This document shows, piece after piece, positions 48,533-58,278 of a stretch of 64,000 nucleotides of DNA. Numbering within the stretch: the stretch's first letter is position 1; each line of letters begins with the position of its first letter. Origin of the DNA: an uncultured Chloroflexia bacterium (lineage in GTDB: Bacteria > Chloroflexota > Limnocylindria > Limnocylindrales > CSP1-4); NCBI GenBank assembly GCA_963734535.1, contig CAVTHS010000014.1:96001-160000 (forward strand), given 5' to 3'. The notes below the pieces were generated by a model. The model saw nothing but the letters and a program-made list of their open reading frames with translations. It ran no database searches and was not told where the DNA came from. A program made the position numbers and the translations under genes.

Positions 48533-49657
48533 ATGAGTGAGTACCGAGAGTTCACCGGCAAGTCCGTCGAGGAGGCCCTTCGCCACGCTCGCGAGGAATT
48601 CGGGGTCGGCCTGGACGAGCTCGATTTCGAGATCCTGACCGCGGGCAGCCGGGGAGTCCTCGGCATGGGCGCCGAGCCGGCCCGCATCGTCGCCGCGCCC
48701 AGGGCAGCCCTCGGAGGTGCCGCGCCGAAGCGCGAAGCGGCCGCCGCGACCCCGCTTCCGGCCCCCGTTGATCGCGGCCCGCGCCGCGACGACCGACCTC
48801 CGCGCCGTGACGACCGTCCCGCGCGGTCGGATGACCGCCCGGCGCCGGCTCGCCCGGATGCGGCCCGCGCCGACCTTCCCCGGACCGACGCCCCGCGCCG
48901 TGACGACGCCCCGCGCACCGAGGCCGCGCCGCGTGCCGACGCTCCGCGCCGCGACGACCGACCCGAGCGCGTCCGGGATCGCGGACCGCGCCGCGACGAC
49001 CGTCCCGGGCGGTCGGATGATCGCGGACCGCGCCGTGATGATCGCCCGCCCCGGCGGTCGGATGACCGCCAGCCCCGAAGGTCCGACGACCGGCCCGGGG
49101 CATCGGCCGTGTCCTCCAGCGAGGCCGACGAGGTCCAGTCCGCGCGATCGCTCGTTCGCGAGCGCGAGGAGCTGCAGGCCGCAGAGGCATCCCCGGCCGC
49201 GCTCGACGCCGGGAAGCGGCTTCTCGAGCAGCTGATGCAGCACATGGGGTTCTCGGTTGCGGTCAACATCGAGACCGGCGAGACGAACCGCCTCAACGTG
49301 ATCGGCGCCGATGACGAGGAGCACGAGGCCCTGGGCGCCCTGATCGGCCGCAAGGGCGAGCGACTGTCCGCCCTCCAGCACATCGTGAACCTCATGCTGT
49401 CGCGCGAGATGGGCGAATGGACCCGGGTCCTCGTGGATGTCGAGGGCTATCGCGGCCGGAGGGAGCAGCAGCTCCGGGAGATCGCCGACCGGGCCGCGGC
49501 CCGCGTGGTGGAGACCGGCAAGATGCTCCAGCTGGAGCCGATGCCGGCCCTCGAGCGGCGCTGGATCCACCTGGCGCTCCGGAACCACCCGGCCGTCGGG
49601 ACCCAGTCGATCGGCGAGGAGCCGAACCGCCGCGTGGTCGTCGTTCCGAAGGCATAG
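48533..49657 (+). CDS. jag: Jag/KhpB/EloR RNA-binding protein
   Basis: Jag_N (GKSVEEA), KH (LIGRKGERL) and R3H (PMPALERRWIH) domains. Confidence 0.93.
   Translation: MSEYREFTGKSVEEALRHAREEFGVGLDELDFEILTAGSRGVLGMGAEPARIVAAPRAALGGAAPKREAAAATPLPAPVDRGPRRDDRPPRRDDRPARSDDRPAPARPDAARADLPRTDAPRRDDAPRTEAAPRADAPRRDDRPERVRDRGPRRDDRPGRSDDRGPRRDDRPPRRSDDRQPRRSDDRPGASAVSSSEADEVQSARSLVREREELQAAEASPAALDAGKRLLEQLMQHMGFSVAVNIETGETNRLNVIGADDEEHEALGALIGRKGERLSALQHIVNLMLSREMGEWTRVLVDVEGYRGRREQQLREIADRAAARVVETGKMLQLEPMPALERRWIHLALRNHPAVGTQSIGEEPNRRVVVVPKA
48770..49100 (+). repeat. Low-complexity PRRDDR/RSDDR coding repeats in the Jag linker
   Basis: About 10 copies of (P/G)R(R/S)DDR-like units. Confidence 0.8.
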
Positions 49658-49790
49658 GCCGGGAGCGCGCGCCGTCGCCCGCCGGGCCGCGGCTGGCACC
49701 GGACACCGCCGCGAGGCGCGCCGATACGTCGTATCACGGCCGGCCTGCTAGAGTCGCCTTCCGACCCGCCCGCACCGAGCACTCGAGACC

Positions 49791-51674
49791 ATGGACACCG
49801 CCCCCCGCCACTTCCCGATCGGCCGCCTCCTCTTCGCGGTCGTCGCCGGATTCGTGCTGGCCGCGGCCGTCGGCACGGGCGCGCTCTTCGCATTCGAGGG
49901 CCGGTACGCGGACCGGATCTACCCCGGCGTGCGCGTTGCGGGCGTCGACGTCGCGGGGCTCGATCGCGGGGCCGCACGGCACGTGCTCTCGTCGGCGCTG
50001 GCCGGCTACGCAGCGGGAAACGTCGTCGTCAGCGCGGACGGCGGATCGGTACAGATCGCGGACAAGGACCTGGGCCGCACGGCGGACATCGAGGGGCTCC
50101 TCGACGAGGCATTCGCAGTCGGCCGCTACGGCGACACGATGGGCAAGGCCGCCGACGGCGTGCGGAGCCTGGTCCGGGGCACGGAGATCGCACCCCGCGT
50201 GATGCTGGACTCCGGAGCGGTCGCCCGGGCGGTCATGGCGGCCGCGGCCCGGCTCGATACGCCGGCGGTGGGTGCCACGGCCACGACAACTGCGACCGGC
50301 TTCGCCACGACACCGGCGGTCGGGGGTCGCGGCCTCGACCAGGCGAGCCTGGTCGACCTGATCACGCAGCGCCTCGCCGATCCGTCCGCGCCCGACCGCG
50401 TTGAGCTGGACGTCCCCCTGGTCCCCGTCACTGCGGCGGTCAGCGATGCGGCGGTCAGCGCAGCGGTCTCGGATGCGATCCGGATGGTGGCCGACGTGAC
50501 GCTCGCGAGCGGCAAGGAGACCTGGACGATCCCGGCATCGACCGTCCGCGGCTGGATCACGTTCGCCGCGACGCCCGATGGCCGCTACGCACCCGTGGTG
50601 GCCCAGGACGCGGCCGTCCCCGCCCTCACGGTCCTGACGAAGAAGGTCGACCGGGACGCCACCGACGCGAGCTTCCTGGTCGGGAAGAACAGCACGGTCG
50701 TGGGCGTCGTCGCCGGCAAGGACGGCCGGAAGCTGGACGTCGCGGCGACGAGCCCGCTCATCGCGCAGGCGGTCCTCGCGCGTGCGGCGGACGGCGCCCC
50801 GGCCCAGCCGCCGAGCGTGGCTCCCGCACTGACGACCGTCGCGCCGAAGCTGACCACAGAGCAGGCCCAGAAGGCGGCCCCGCTCATGCAGCAGATCTCG
50901 ACGTGGGTCACCTACTACGACGTGAGCGACCGGAACGGGTTCGGGGCCAACATCACGATCCCGACCCGCACGATCGATGGCTACGTCGTGCCTGCCGGCG
51001 CCATCTTCGATTTCTGGCAGGCGGTCGGCGAGGTCAGCGCCCGAACCGGGTACCTCCCGGGCGGGGCGATCATCGACGGCAAGACCGAGCCCACGGGGGC
51101 GCTGGCTGGTGGGATCTGCTCGTGCTCTACGACGCTCTTCAATGCGGCCGTGCGGGCCGGGCTGGAGATCAAGTCCCGGGCCAACCACTACTACTACATC
51201 GACCGCTACCCGCTTGGCCTGGACGCCACCGTCTTCGAGAGCGGCTCCGGCTCGGTGACCACGATGTCCTTCCGCAACGACACCGCGTTCCCGATCCTGA
51301 TCCGGGGCTATGCGTCACCGGGCGTCGTCCGCTTCTCGCTCTTCAGCGTCCCGACGGGACGAACCACGAAGTTCACGAACCCGATCGTGACAAACCGCAA
51401 TCCCGGGATCGAGACGACCGAGTACACCTCGAGCATCCCCGTCGGGACCTCCAAGCGCCTGGAATACCCGACCATCGGCATGCACGTCACGCTCTCGCGG
51501 ACCGTGACCGACGCGTCCGGGGCCGTGATCCACCACGACGTCTTCAACTCGTCGTACGCCCGCGTGGACGGCCTGACGCTCATCGGCCGGGCCGCCACCC
51601 CGGCCCCGCGGCCCAGCCCGAGCCCCGCCCCGATCCCGAGCGCGGAGCCATCGCCGGCGCCGTCGCCGAGCTGA
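49791..51674 (+). CDS. VanW-family protein with peptidoglycan-binding (PG_binding_4-like) region
   Basis: N-term TM, IYPGVRVAGVDVAGL; GGICSCSTTLFNA, R.NH, YPLGLDATV and FRNDT motifs; Pro/Ser tail. Confidence 0.85.
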   Translation: MDTAPRHFPIGRLLFAVVAGFVLAAAVGTGALFAFEGRYADRIYPGVRVAGVDVAGLDRGAARHVLSSALAGYAAGNVVVSADGGSVQIADKDLGRTADIEGLLDEAFAVGRYGDTMGKAADGVRSLVRGTEIAPRVMLDSGAVARAVMAAAARLDTPAVGATATTTATGFATTPAVGGRGLDQASLVDLITQRLADPSAPDRVELDVPLVPVTAAVSDAAVSAAVSDAIRMVADVTLASGKETWTIPASTVRGWITFAATPDGRYAPVVAQDAAVPALTVLTKKVDRDATDASFLVGKNSTVVGVVAGKDGRKLDVAATSPLIAQAVLARAADGAPAQPPSVAPALTTVAPKLTTEQAQKAAPLMQQISTWVTYYDVSDRNGFGANITIPTRTIDGYVVPAGAIFDFWQAVGEVSARTGYLPGGAIIDGKTEPTGALAGGICSCSTTLFNAAVRAGLEIKSRANHYYYIDRYPLGLDATVFESGSGSVTTMSFRNDTAFPILIRGYASPGVVRFSLFSVPTGRTTKFTNPIVTNRNPGIETTEYTSSIPVGTSKRLEYPTIGMHVTLSRTVTDASGAVIHHDVFNSSYARVDGLTLIGRAATPAPRPSPSPAPIPSAEPSPAPSPS

Positions 51675-51687
51675 CCTCGAGGCGCCG

Positions 51688-54060
51688 TCAGGCGGCGGCG
51701 TCCGCCGCTCCCACCGCGACGGACTCGCCCGCGTCGTCGCCGAGCGACAGGTAGAGCTCCTCCTCCTGGGCCATGTGCAGGCGCAGGATCGCGTCCAGGC
51801 CATACAGGACGCGCCGCAGATCGACCAGGTCCTCGTGGGCGGGGCCCTCCTGCGGCAGGTCCCCCACCAGCCGGTCGTAGAGGCCGATCAGGTGGAAGAT
51901 CTCCGTGTGCGTCCGATGGAGCGCGGCCGTGGCGTCTTCGTTGCCGATCGCCTGGGCGAGCATCGGGTAGACCGCACGATCCTCCTGCTGCTCGTGCCGC
52001 ATGAGGTCGTCGACGAGGAATGAGCGGGTCGACTCCAGCGCCGCCCCGGCCGCGAGGGCGGGCAGAGCGTCGATGCCATCGGCCAGGCCGCGGATCCGTG
52101 CAAGCGCCGGCGCAAGCTCGCGGTGCTCGGTCCGCAGGCCGGCGCTCGTCTCCGCCCAGCCCGGCACATGGGCTCGCACCTCGGTGCCGCCGCGAAGCGC
52201 GCGAAGGGCGTTGAGGATGACAGCCACGTCGATCGCCTCCTGGAGCAGCGCCCCGGCCACGACGGGCAGCGCGCCGACGGCCGCGAATCCCATCGCCACG
52301 AGCGACATCGCCATCCCGGCCACGACGCTCTGGATGGCGATCCGGCGGGACCGTTTCGCGAGCCGGATCGCCTCCGCCAGCCGGTCCAGGCGATCAACCG
52401 TGATCACGAGATCGGCGGCCTCCGAGCTGGCCGTCGCGCCGCGGGCGCCCATCGCGACGCCCACGTCCGCGATGGCGAGCGCCGGGGCATCGTTGATGCC
52501 ATCCCCGACCATGACCACCGGGCCGAGCGCGTCGGCCATCTCCTGGCGGACCGCGTCCACCTTGTCCACCGGCGTCCGCTCGGCCAGGACGCCATCGACG
52601 CCGATTGCCGCGCCCACCATCTCCGCGACGGAGGCGTGGTCGCCGGTCACCATCACGATCCGCGTGATGCCCGCGCGCCGGAGCGAGCGGATCGCACGCG
52701 GGGTTTCCGGCCGGATCGGGTCGTCGAGGACCAGGGCGCCGGCCAGGCGGTCGTCCGCCCGCACGAAGACGTGCGTGCTCCCCTCTACGGCGCCGCGCCG
52801 GCGCAGCTCGCGTGCCCACGCGGGGAGGCTCCCGCCGCCGGCGCCGACATGACCCGCGAAGTCCGCCGACCCGACCTGGACCTCGCGGCCGTCGACGCGG
52901 CCCGAGACGCCGGAGCCGGGCGTCTCGACGACGTCGGTCGGGAAGGCGAGCGTGAGCCCTCGTTCGCGCGCCCCGTGGACGATCGCGGCCGCGAGGACGT
53001 GGGGGCTCACCTGGTCGACGGAGGCGGCGAGGCGCAAGACATCATTCGGGTCGGCGCCCGGCGCCGCCTCGACGCCTGCCAGGCGCGGCCGTCCCGCGGT
53101 GAGCGTGCCGGTCTTGTCGAAGAGGAGCACGCGGGCACGGGCGAGCGTCTCCAGCGGCCCGCCGCCCTTCACGATGATCCCGCGTCGGGCGGCACGGCTG
53201 AGGCCCGCCACGATCGCGATCGGCGCGGCCAGGAGCAGCGGACAGGGCGTCGCGACGACCACCACGGCAAGCGCCCGGTTGGGATCGCCCGAGATGAGCC
53301 ACGCGAGGCCCGCCACGGCGAGCGTGAGGGGGACGAAGAGAACCGCATAGCGGTCGGCGAGCCGAACGAATGGTGCCTTGGAGCCCTCGGCCTCCCGGAC
53401 CAGGCGGACGATGCCGGCATACGTCGACTGCTCGGCGATGGCGATCGCCCGGAGATCGAAGGGCCCGCCCGCGTTCAGGGTCCCGGAGCTGACCTGGTCT
53501 CCTTCGGCGCGTGTGACGGGTCCCGCCTCCCCGGTGAGGGCCGATTCGTCGAGGACTGCCGCGTCGCCATCCACGAGGCCGTCGACGGGGACGACCTCGC
53601 CGGGCATGACCAGCAGCCGGTCGCCGACGATCACCGCGTCGATCGAGCGGGTGACGAGCTCGCCGTCCTCGTAGCGGTGGACGTCGCGCGGCGCCCTGGC
53701 CAGGAGCGCCGTCAGCTCTCGATGCGCGCGCCCGGCCGCGTACCGCTCCAGCGCCTCGCCGGTGGCGAGCATCAGGGCGATGATGGCCGCCGCGAGGTAC
53801 TCCTCCATCGCCAGCGCCCCGCCGATCGCGAGGATCGCGATGACGTCGACGCCCGCCTTGCCCGTCAGCACGTCGCGCAGGATCGACCAGGCAAGCCGGA
53901 CCCCGACGATCGCGGAGGGAGCCACCCACGCGATCCTCGCGAGGTCGTCACGGCCGGCCCACGCGAAGGCGATGCCCAGCGCGAGCCCGGCCGCGCAGAA
54001 CGGGAGCAGCGCGGCGCCGAGGAATCCAAGGACGCGAGCAAGCAGTGTCGGGGATGGCAT
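51688..54060 (-). CDS. P1B-5-type heavy-metal ATPase with a C-terminal hemerythrin domain
   Basis: LTGE, TPCP, DKTGTLT, GDGIND and QEAID motifs; C-term H..., HEQQED, H..I and HMAQEE hemerythrin ligands. Confidence 0.9.
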   Translation of the reverse strand: MPSPTLLARVLGFLGAALLPFCAAGLALGIAFAWAGRDDLARIAWVAPSAIVGVRLAWSILRDVLTGKAGVDVIAILAIGGALAMEEYLAAAIIALMLATGEALERYAAGRAHRELTALLARAPRDVHRYEDGELVTRSIDAVIVGDRLLVMPGEVVPVDGLVDGDAAVLDESALTGEAGPVTRAEGDQVSSGTLNAGGPFDLRAIAIAEQSTYAGIVRLVREAEGSKAPFVRLADRYAVLFVPLTLAVAGLAWLISGDPNRALAVVVVATPCPLLLAAPIAIVAGLSRAARRGIIVKGGGPLETLARARVLLFDKTGTLTAGRPRLAGVEAAPGADPNDVLRLAASVDQVSPHVLAAAIVHGARERGLTLAFPTDVVETPGSGVSGRVDGREVQVGSADFAGHVGAGGGSLPAWARELRRRGAVEGSTHVFVRADDRLAGALVLDDPIRPETPRAIRSLRRAGITRIVMVTGDHASVAEMVGAAIGVDGVLAERTPVDKVDAVRQEMADALGPVVMVGDGINDAPALAIADVGVAMGARGATASSEAADLVITVDRLDRLAEAIRLAKRSRRIAIQSVVAGMAMSLVAMGFAAVGALPVVAGALLQEAIDVAVILNALRALRGGTEVRAHVPGWAETSAGLRTEHRELAPALARIRGLADGIDALPALAAGAALESTRSFLVDDLMRHEQQEDRAVYPMLAQAIGNEDATAALHRTHTEIFHLIGLYDRLVGDLPQEGPAHEDLVDLRRVLYGLDAILRLHMAQEEELYLSLGDDAGESVAVGAADAAA

Positions 54061-54218
54061 CCCTCCAGTCTATGGCGGCCCATCGCCCGGTTCGCGAGTC
54101 CCGGGTCCCGCCGAGCCGGGCCGTTCGGCACGCTCGCGAGCGGATCCTGCAGCGAAGCGCAGAATCGGGGCCGGCCGTCGGCGCACACCGCCCGGCACCG
54201 AACCGCGGGAGATCGAGC

Positions 54219-55250
54219 ATGACGATGCATCTGGAGCTCGCCGAATCGCCGGCCGTCGCCAGCGGCCTTCTCGCGAGCGCAAGGGCGCCGCTGGCCCGCG
54301 TTGCCGACGAGGTCCGTCGGCGCGGGACCCGGTTCGTGCTGATCGCAGCCCGCGGCACGTCCGATCACGCCGCCACCTATGCCCAGTACGTGCTGGGTTC
54401 GAGGAATCGGCTCCCCGTCGGCCTGGCGGCCCCCTCCCTGACGTCGCTCTACGGGAGCGGCCCGAGCGTCGGTGAGGCGCTCGTGATCGGGATGAGCCAG
54501 TCCGGCCGGTCACCCGACATCGTCGCCGTGCTCGACGAGGCGCGCCGCCAGGGCGCGTTGACGCTCGCGATCACGAACGACCCGGGTTCGCCGCTGGCCG
54601 ACGTCGCCGACGTCGTCGTTCCGCTGGAGGCCGGGCCGGAGCTGGCGGTCGCGGCCACCAAGACCTACGTCGCCGAGCTCGTGGTGGTGGCGCTTCTCTC
54701 CGAGGCGCTGCGCGGCGGCGAACCCGATCCCGGGCTCGCGAGGCTGCCCGCTGCACTCGCCGGGACCCTCGACCTCGAGGCGTCGATCGTCGAGCTGGCC
54801 GGCGGGCTCGCGCCGGCGCCCGCCTGCGTGGTCTTGGGGCGGGGATTCCAGTACCCGACTGCGCGCGAATGGGCGCTCAAGCTCAAGGAGGTGGCGGGCG
54901 TCTTTGCCGACGCGTACTCAGCGGCGGACTACGAGCACGGACCGATCTCGCTCGTCGAGCCCGGGCTGCCGGTGCTGGCGGTTGTGTCGAGCGGGCCGAC
55001 GCTGGCCGGCCTCCTCGTCCTGCTCGAGCGGCTCGCGGCGGACGGCGCCGACCTGCTGGTCCTGTCCGATGCCGCCGAAGCGCGTGCGCTCGGGAGGGGC
55101 TCCCTCGCGCTTGCCGGCGACGTCCCCGAGTGGCTGGCGCCGATCGTCGCGGTCCTTCCCTGCCAGCTTCTGGCCTATCACCTGGCGATCGCGCGCGGCC
55201 GCGACCCGGAAGCGCCGCGCCATCTCCGCAAGGTGACGCTGACGCGCTAG
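54219..55250 (+). CDS. SIS-domain sugar-phosphate isomerase/deaminase (GlmS C-terminal-like, GlcN6P deaminase type)
   Basis: ARGTSDHA, SQSGRSPD, AVAATKTY, EWALKLKE, HGP and LRKVTLTR motifs; no glutaminase domain. Confidence 0.85.
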   Translation: MTMHLELAESPAVASGLLASARAPLARVADEVRRRGTRFVLIAARGTSDHAATYAQYVLGSRNRLPVGLAAPSLTSLYGSGPSVGEALVIGMSQSGRSPDIVAVLDEARRQGALTLAITNDPGSPLADVADVVVPLEAGPELAVAATKTYVAELVVVALLSEALRGGEPDPGLARLPAALAGTLDLEASIVELAGGLAPAPACVVLGRGFQYPTAREWALKLKEVAGVFADAYSAADYEHGPISLVEPGLPVLAVVSSGPTLAGLLVLLERLAADGADLLVLSDAAEARALGRGSLALAGDVPEWLAPIVAVLPCQLLAYHLAIARGRDPEAPRHLRKVTLTR

Positions 55251-55300
55251 CCGGGCTCAATTCGCTGGTGATCCCGCGGCGCTCAGGTGCTCCCGCGTCG

Positions 55301-56005
55301 TCAGGCGTCTGCCTCCACGCGCGGGCCGAACGCCACGCAGCAGGCACCCGGGATCGCCACCGGGCGAGGCCAACGATCAGTTTCGCCGACGCCGGAGCGG
55401 ATCCCGTCGAGCATCGCCAGGTTCATCGCGCAGGTCAGGCCGCGATGGTCGGCCACGAGCGCGTCGAAGGGGCAGTTGCGCAGCACGACGAGCGACCCGT
55501 CCTCGCGCGGCTCGTAGCCCGCGCCGCGAAGGGCGGCGAGCAGCGGGTCGGCGGGCTGCGCCGCTGAAGCAGGGACCCCGTCGACCTCACGTCGTGCCGA
55601 CGTGCCGAGCGCCTCGCCGCGGACCCGCGCGCCGGCGAGCACCGCCGTCGGGTCCGTCATCTCGAGCGCCGCGGCGAACAGGTCGGCTGCCAGCACATAT
55701 CGCCGGGCGGGAAGCGACACCTCGACGACCTCGTCCGCGCGGCGGTAGAGCTTCGCGGGCCGCCCTGCGCCGGGACCGCTCCGGCCGCGCAGCCGCCGGT
55801 ACTCCGCGGTGAGCAGGCCGGCGCGCAGGAGTCGCTCCAGGTGGAACGCGACGAGTGGCCGGCCGATCCCGAGCGCGTCGGCGGCCTGGTCCCGTCCGAC
55901 CGGCTCGTCGCTCCCGGCGACGTACTCGTAGAGCCGTCGGCGCGTCGGCTCGTGGAGCGCGGCGATCGCTCGCACCGGGTCGGCCGGCGCACGTCGGGCG
56001 TTCAC
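55301..56005 (-). CDS. Winged-HTH regulator with a Cys-containing C-terminus (ArsR/SufR-like)
   Basis: L.EPTRRRLY, FHLERL, GRPAKLY, RNCPF, TCAMN and CCV motifs. Confidence 0.8.
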   Translation of the reverse strand: MNARRAPADPVRAIAALHEPTRRRLYEYVAGSDEPVGRDQAADALGIGRPLVAFHLERLLRAGLLTAEYRRLRGRSGPGAGRPAKLYRRADEVVEVSLPARRYVLAADLFAAALEMTDPTAVLAGARVRGEALGTSARREVDGVPASAAQPADPLLAALRGAGYEPREDGSLVVLRNCPFDALVADHRGLTCAMNLAMLDGIRSGVGETDRWPRPVAIPGACCVAFGPRVEADA

Positions 56006-56064
56006 CCCGGCATTCTACTGCACAATATCGCTAACGAAACCAGCCAGCGTGAGCGAGGCTCCGG

Positions 56065-56901
56065 TCAGCCCGCCACGGCGAGGGACTTGAACTCCTCGAC
56101 TTGGCCGCGAATGGCCCGCTCCGTCGGGAGCCGTTCGATGCTGGAGGCGCCGAAGAAGCCGGCGACCCCGGGCATCCGCGTGAGCGCGCGGCCGACGGTG
56201 CCGGGTTCGTCGAACGGCCCGCCGTGACAGATCACGATGATGTCCGAGCGCACGCCGCGGCCCGCCTCGGCGATCGCCATCACCCGGTCGATCGCGTCGT
56301 CGAGCGTGAAGGCGACGCCCGCGCCGATGGTGCCTGCGGTCGTCAAGCCGACGTGGGCGACCAGCTGGTCCGCGCCGGCACGGGCCATGGCCCGCGCGTC
56401 GTCCGGGTTGAAGACGTACGGGGAGCAGAACAGGCCGATCTCCGAGGCGAGACGGATCATCTCCACCTCGCGGTCATAGCCCATTCCCGTGGCCTCGATG
56501 TTCTTCCGGAAGTCGCCGTCGATCAGGCCGACCGTGGGGAAGTTCTGGACGCCATCGAAGCCCATCTCCTTCAGCTGCCGGAGGAAGACGGGCATCAACC
56601 GGAACGGGTCGGTTCCGCAGACGCCGGCGAGGACCGGTGTATCCCGGACCACCGGCAGCACCTCGGCGGCCATCTCGACGACGATGCCGTTGGCGTCGCC
56701 GTACGGCATCAGGCCGGCGAGCGAGCCGCGACCGGCCATGCGGTAGCGGCCGGAGTTGTAGATGATCACGAGGTCGGCGCCGCCGGCCTCGGCCATCTTC
56801 GCCGAGATGCCCGTGCCGGCACCACAGCCGACGATGGGCCGGCCCGCGTCGATCTCCGCCCGGAGACGGCGCAGCACCTCGGTGCGGGGAATGAACGGCA
56901 T
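56065..56901 (-). CDS. TIM-barrel 'signal transduction' / PEP hydrolase-like protein
   Basis: [37 protein letters not shown] and GASSIERLP motifs; ATG 56901 with AGGAG. Confidence 0.88.
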   Translation of the reverse strand: MPFIPRTEVLRRLRAEIDAGRPIVGCGAGTGISAKMAEAGGADLVIIYNSGRYRMAGRGSLAGLMPYGDANGIVVEMAAEVLPVVRDTPVLAGVCGTDPFRLMPVFLRQLKEMGFDGVQNFPTVGLIDGDFRKNIEATGMGYDREVEMIRLASEIGLFCSPYVFNPDDARAMARAGADQLVAHVGLTTAGTIGAGVAFTLDDAIDRVMAIAEAGRGVRSDIIVICHGGPFDEPGTVGRALTRMPGVAGFFGASSIERLPTERAIRGQVEEFKSLAVAG

Positions 56902-56947
56902 CGGATCTCCTCCTGCTGGGGTGTGGTGTTCGTGCCGGGCGCGGCTG

Positions 56948-58162
56948 TCAGCGCCCGTCAAGCATCTCGAGGAGCGTCTCGGCCACCCTCCCCGAGAAGG
57001 CCGGATCGTTGATGTTCGCGTCGACCTCGATGACCGGGACGCCTGTCCCGACTCCCGCCCGGATTGCCTCGAAGCAGGCGGCGTCGGCCGCCGGGTCCCA
57101 GAACTCGTGTCCCGCGGCGTCGAGCATGGAGACGCCTCGGAGGGGCAGCAGGACGGCGACCGGAGCGGTCGCGGCGCGTGCGGCCGCGGCGATCATCTCG
57201 CCGATACGGCGGTTCTCCTCGGCGTTCGTGCGAAGGAGGGTGATGTTCGGGTTCCACGCGTAGAGGTTCCGGTCGTGGAAGCGTGCCGGGACCGTCTCGA
57301 TGCCGCCGAAGTTGGCCATGTCGACACAGCCCGGCACGAGGACGGCCGGGATTCCCGCGCGGGATGCCGCCAGGCAGCGTTCGGGTCCGGCGCTCAGGAC
57401 GCCCCCACAGACCTCGTCCGCGAGCTCGGTCGTGGTCATGTCGAGCGAGGCGGTCACGTACCCATCGGCGATGAGCCCTTCCATCGTCCGACCGCCGGTG
57501 CCCGTGGCATGGAAGACGAGGACCTCGTAATCGCGGGCCTCGAGGATGGCGCGGGCGTGGTCGACCGCCACGGTCGTGTTGCCGAACATGGAGGCGACGA
57601 TGAGCGGCCTGTCGGCTCCGTCGGTGGGAATCTCAGCTCGAACCATGCCGGCGATGGCGCCCGCTGCGTTCGCGAAGATCCGGCGGCTCAGCCGGTTGAA
57701 GCCAGCCACGTCCACGATCGAGGGCATGAACGTGATGTCCTTCGTGCCCGCATAGGCGCTCACGTCGCCGCCGCCCAGCGTCGACAGCATCACCTTCGGC
57801 ACGCCCACGGGGAGCGCCCGCATGGCGGTGGTCGCGATCGATGTGCCGCCGCTTCCTCCCATCGACAGGATGCCGTCGAGCCGCCCCTCCGCGTGGAGCC
57901 TGCCCACGATGACCGCCAGCCCGTCGGCCATGGTGCGCATCGCCTCGTCCTTGTGGTCACCCGACGCAAGGCGGGCAAGGTCGCCGCCGACCGCGGCAAC
58001 GACCTCCTCGCGCGTGATGTCCGCGCGGAACCCGGGCGGGCCCATCACCCCGACGTCGACCACCAGGGTCGCGAGCCCCTGGCCCTCGATCAGCCCCTTG
58101 ACGTACCGGAACTCCTCGCCCTTCGTGTCGAGCGCTCCCGCGATCACGACTGTCTTCACCAT
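56948..58162 (-). CDS. Tm-1-like ATP-binding protein (UPF0261)
   Basis: [37 protein letters not shown] and DMANFG motifs. Confidence 0.88.
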   Translation of the reverse strand: MVKTVVIAGALDTKGEEFRYVKGLIEGQGLATLVVDVGVMGPPGFRADITREEVVAAVGGDLARLASGDHKDEAMRTMADGLAVIVGRLHAEGRLDGILSMGGSGGTSIATTAMRALPVGVPKVMLSTLGGGDVSAYAGTKDITFMPSIVDVAGFNRLSRRIFANAAGAIAGMVRAEIPTDGADRPLIVASMFGNTTVAVDHARAILEARDYEVLVFHATGTGGRTMEGLIADGYVTASLDMTTTELADEVCGGVLSAGPERCLAASRAGIPAVLVPGCVDMANFGGIETVPARFHDRNLYAWNPNITLLRTNAEENRRIGEMIAAAARAATAPVAVLLPLRGVSMLDAAGHEFWDPAADAACFEAIRAGVGTGVPVIEVDANINDPAFSGRVAETLLEMLDGR

Positions 58163-58278
58163 GCTCCCCTTCTCGATCCGGCGGGCCAGCGATGCGCGAG
58201 GGCCGACGCTCAACGATTGCTCAAGGTCGGGCTCGCGACTGCGTGATTCTGCCACCACGGGTACTAGTATCGGAGCAC

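Noticed and set aside
48770-49100. Possible CRISPR or non-coding repeat array
   Set aside because: The repeats are short, degenerate, in frame and lack unique spacers
47321-49657. Apparent YidC-Jag fusion (778 aa)
   Set aside because: Created by the +1 shift near 47966; the YidC C-half is in another frame with its own stop at 48530, and Jag has its own ATG at 48533
49791-51674. Vancomycin resistance
   Set aside because: A VanW domain alone is widespread; no vanHAX or vanRS genes are present
54219-55250. glmS with a glmS ribozyme
   Set aside because: No glutaminase domain and no recognisable ribozyme upstream
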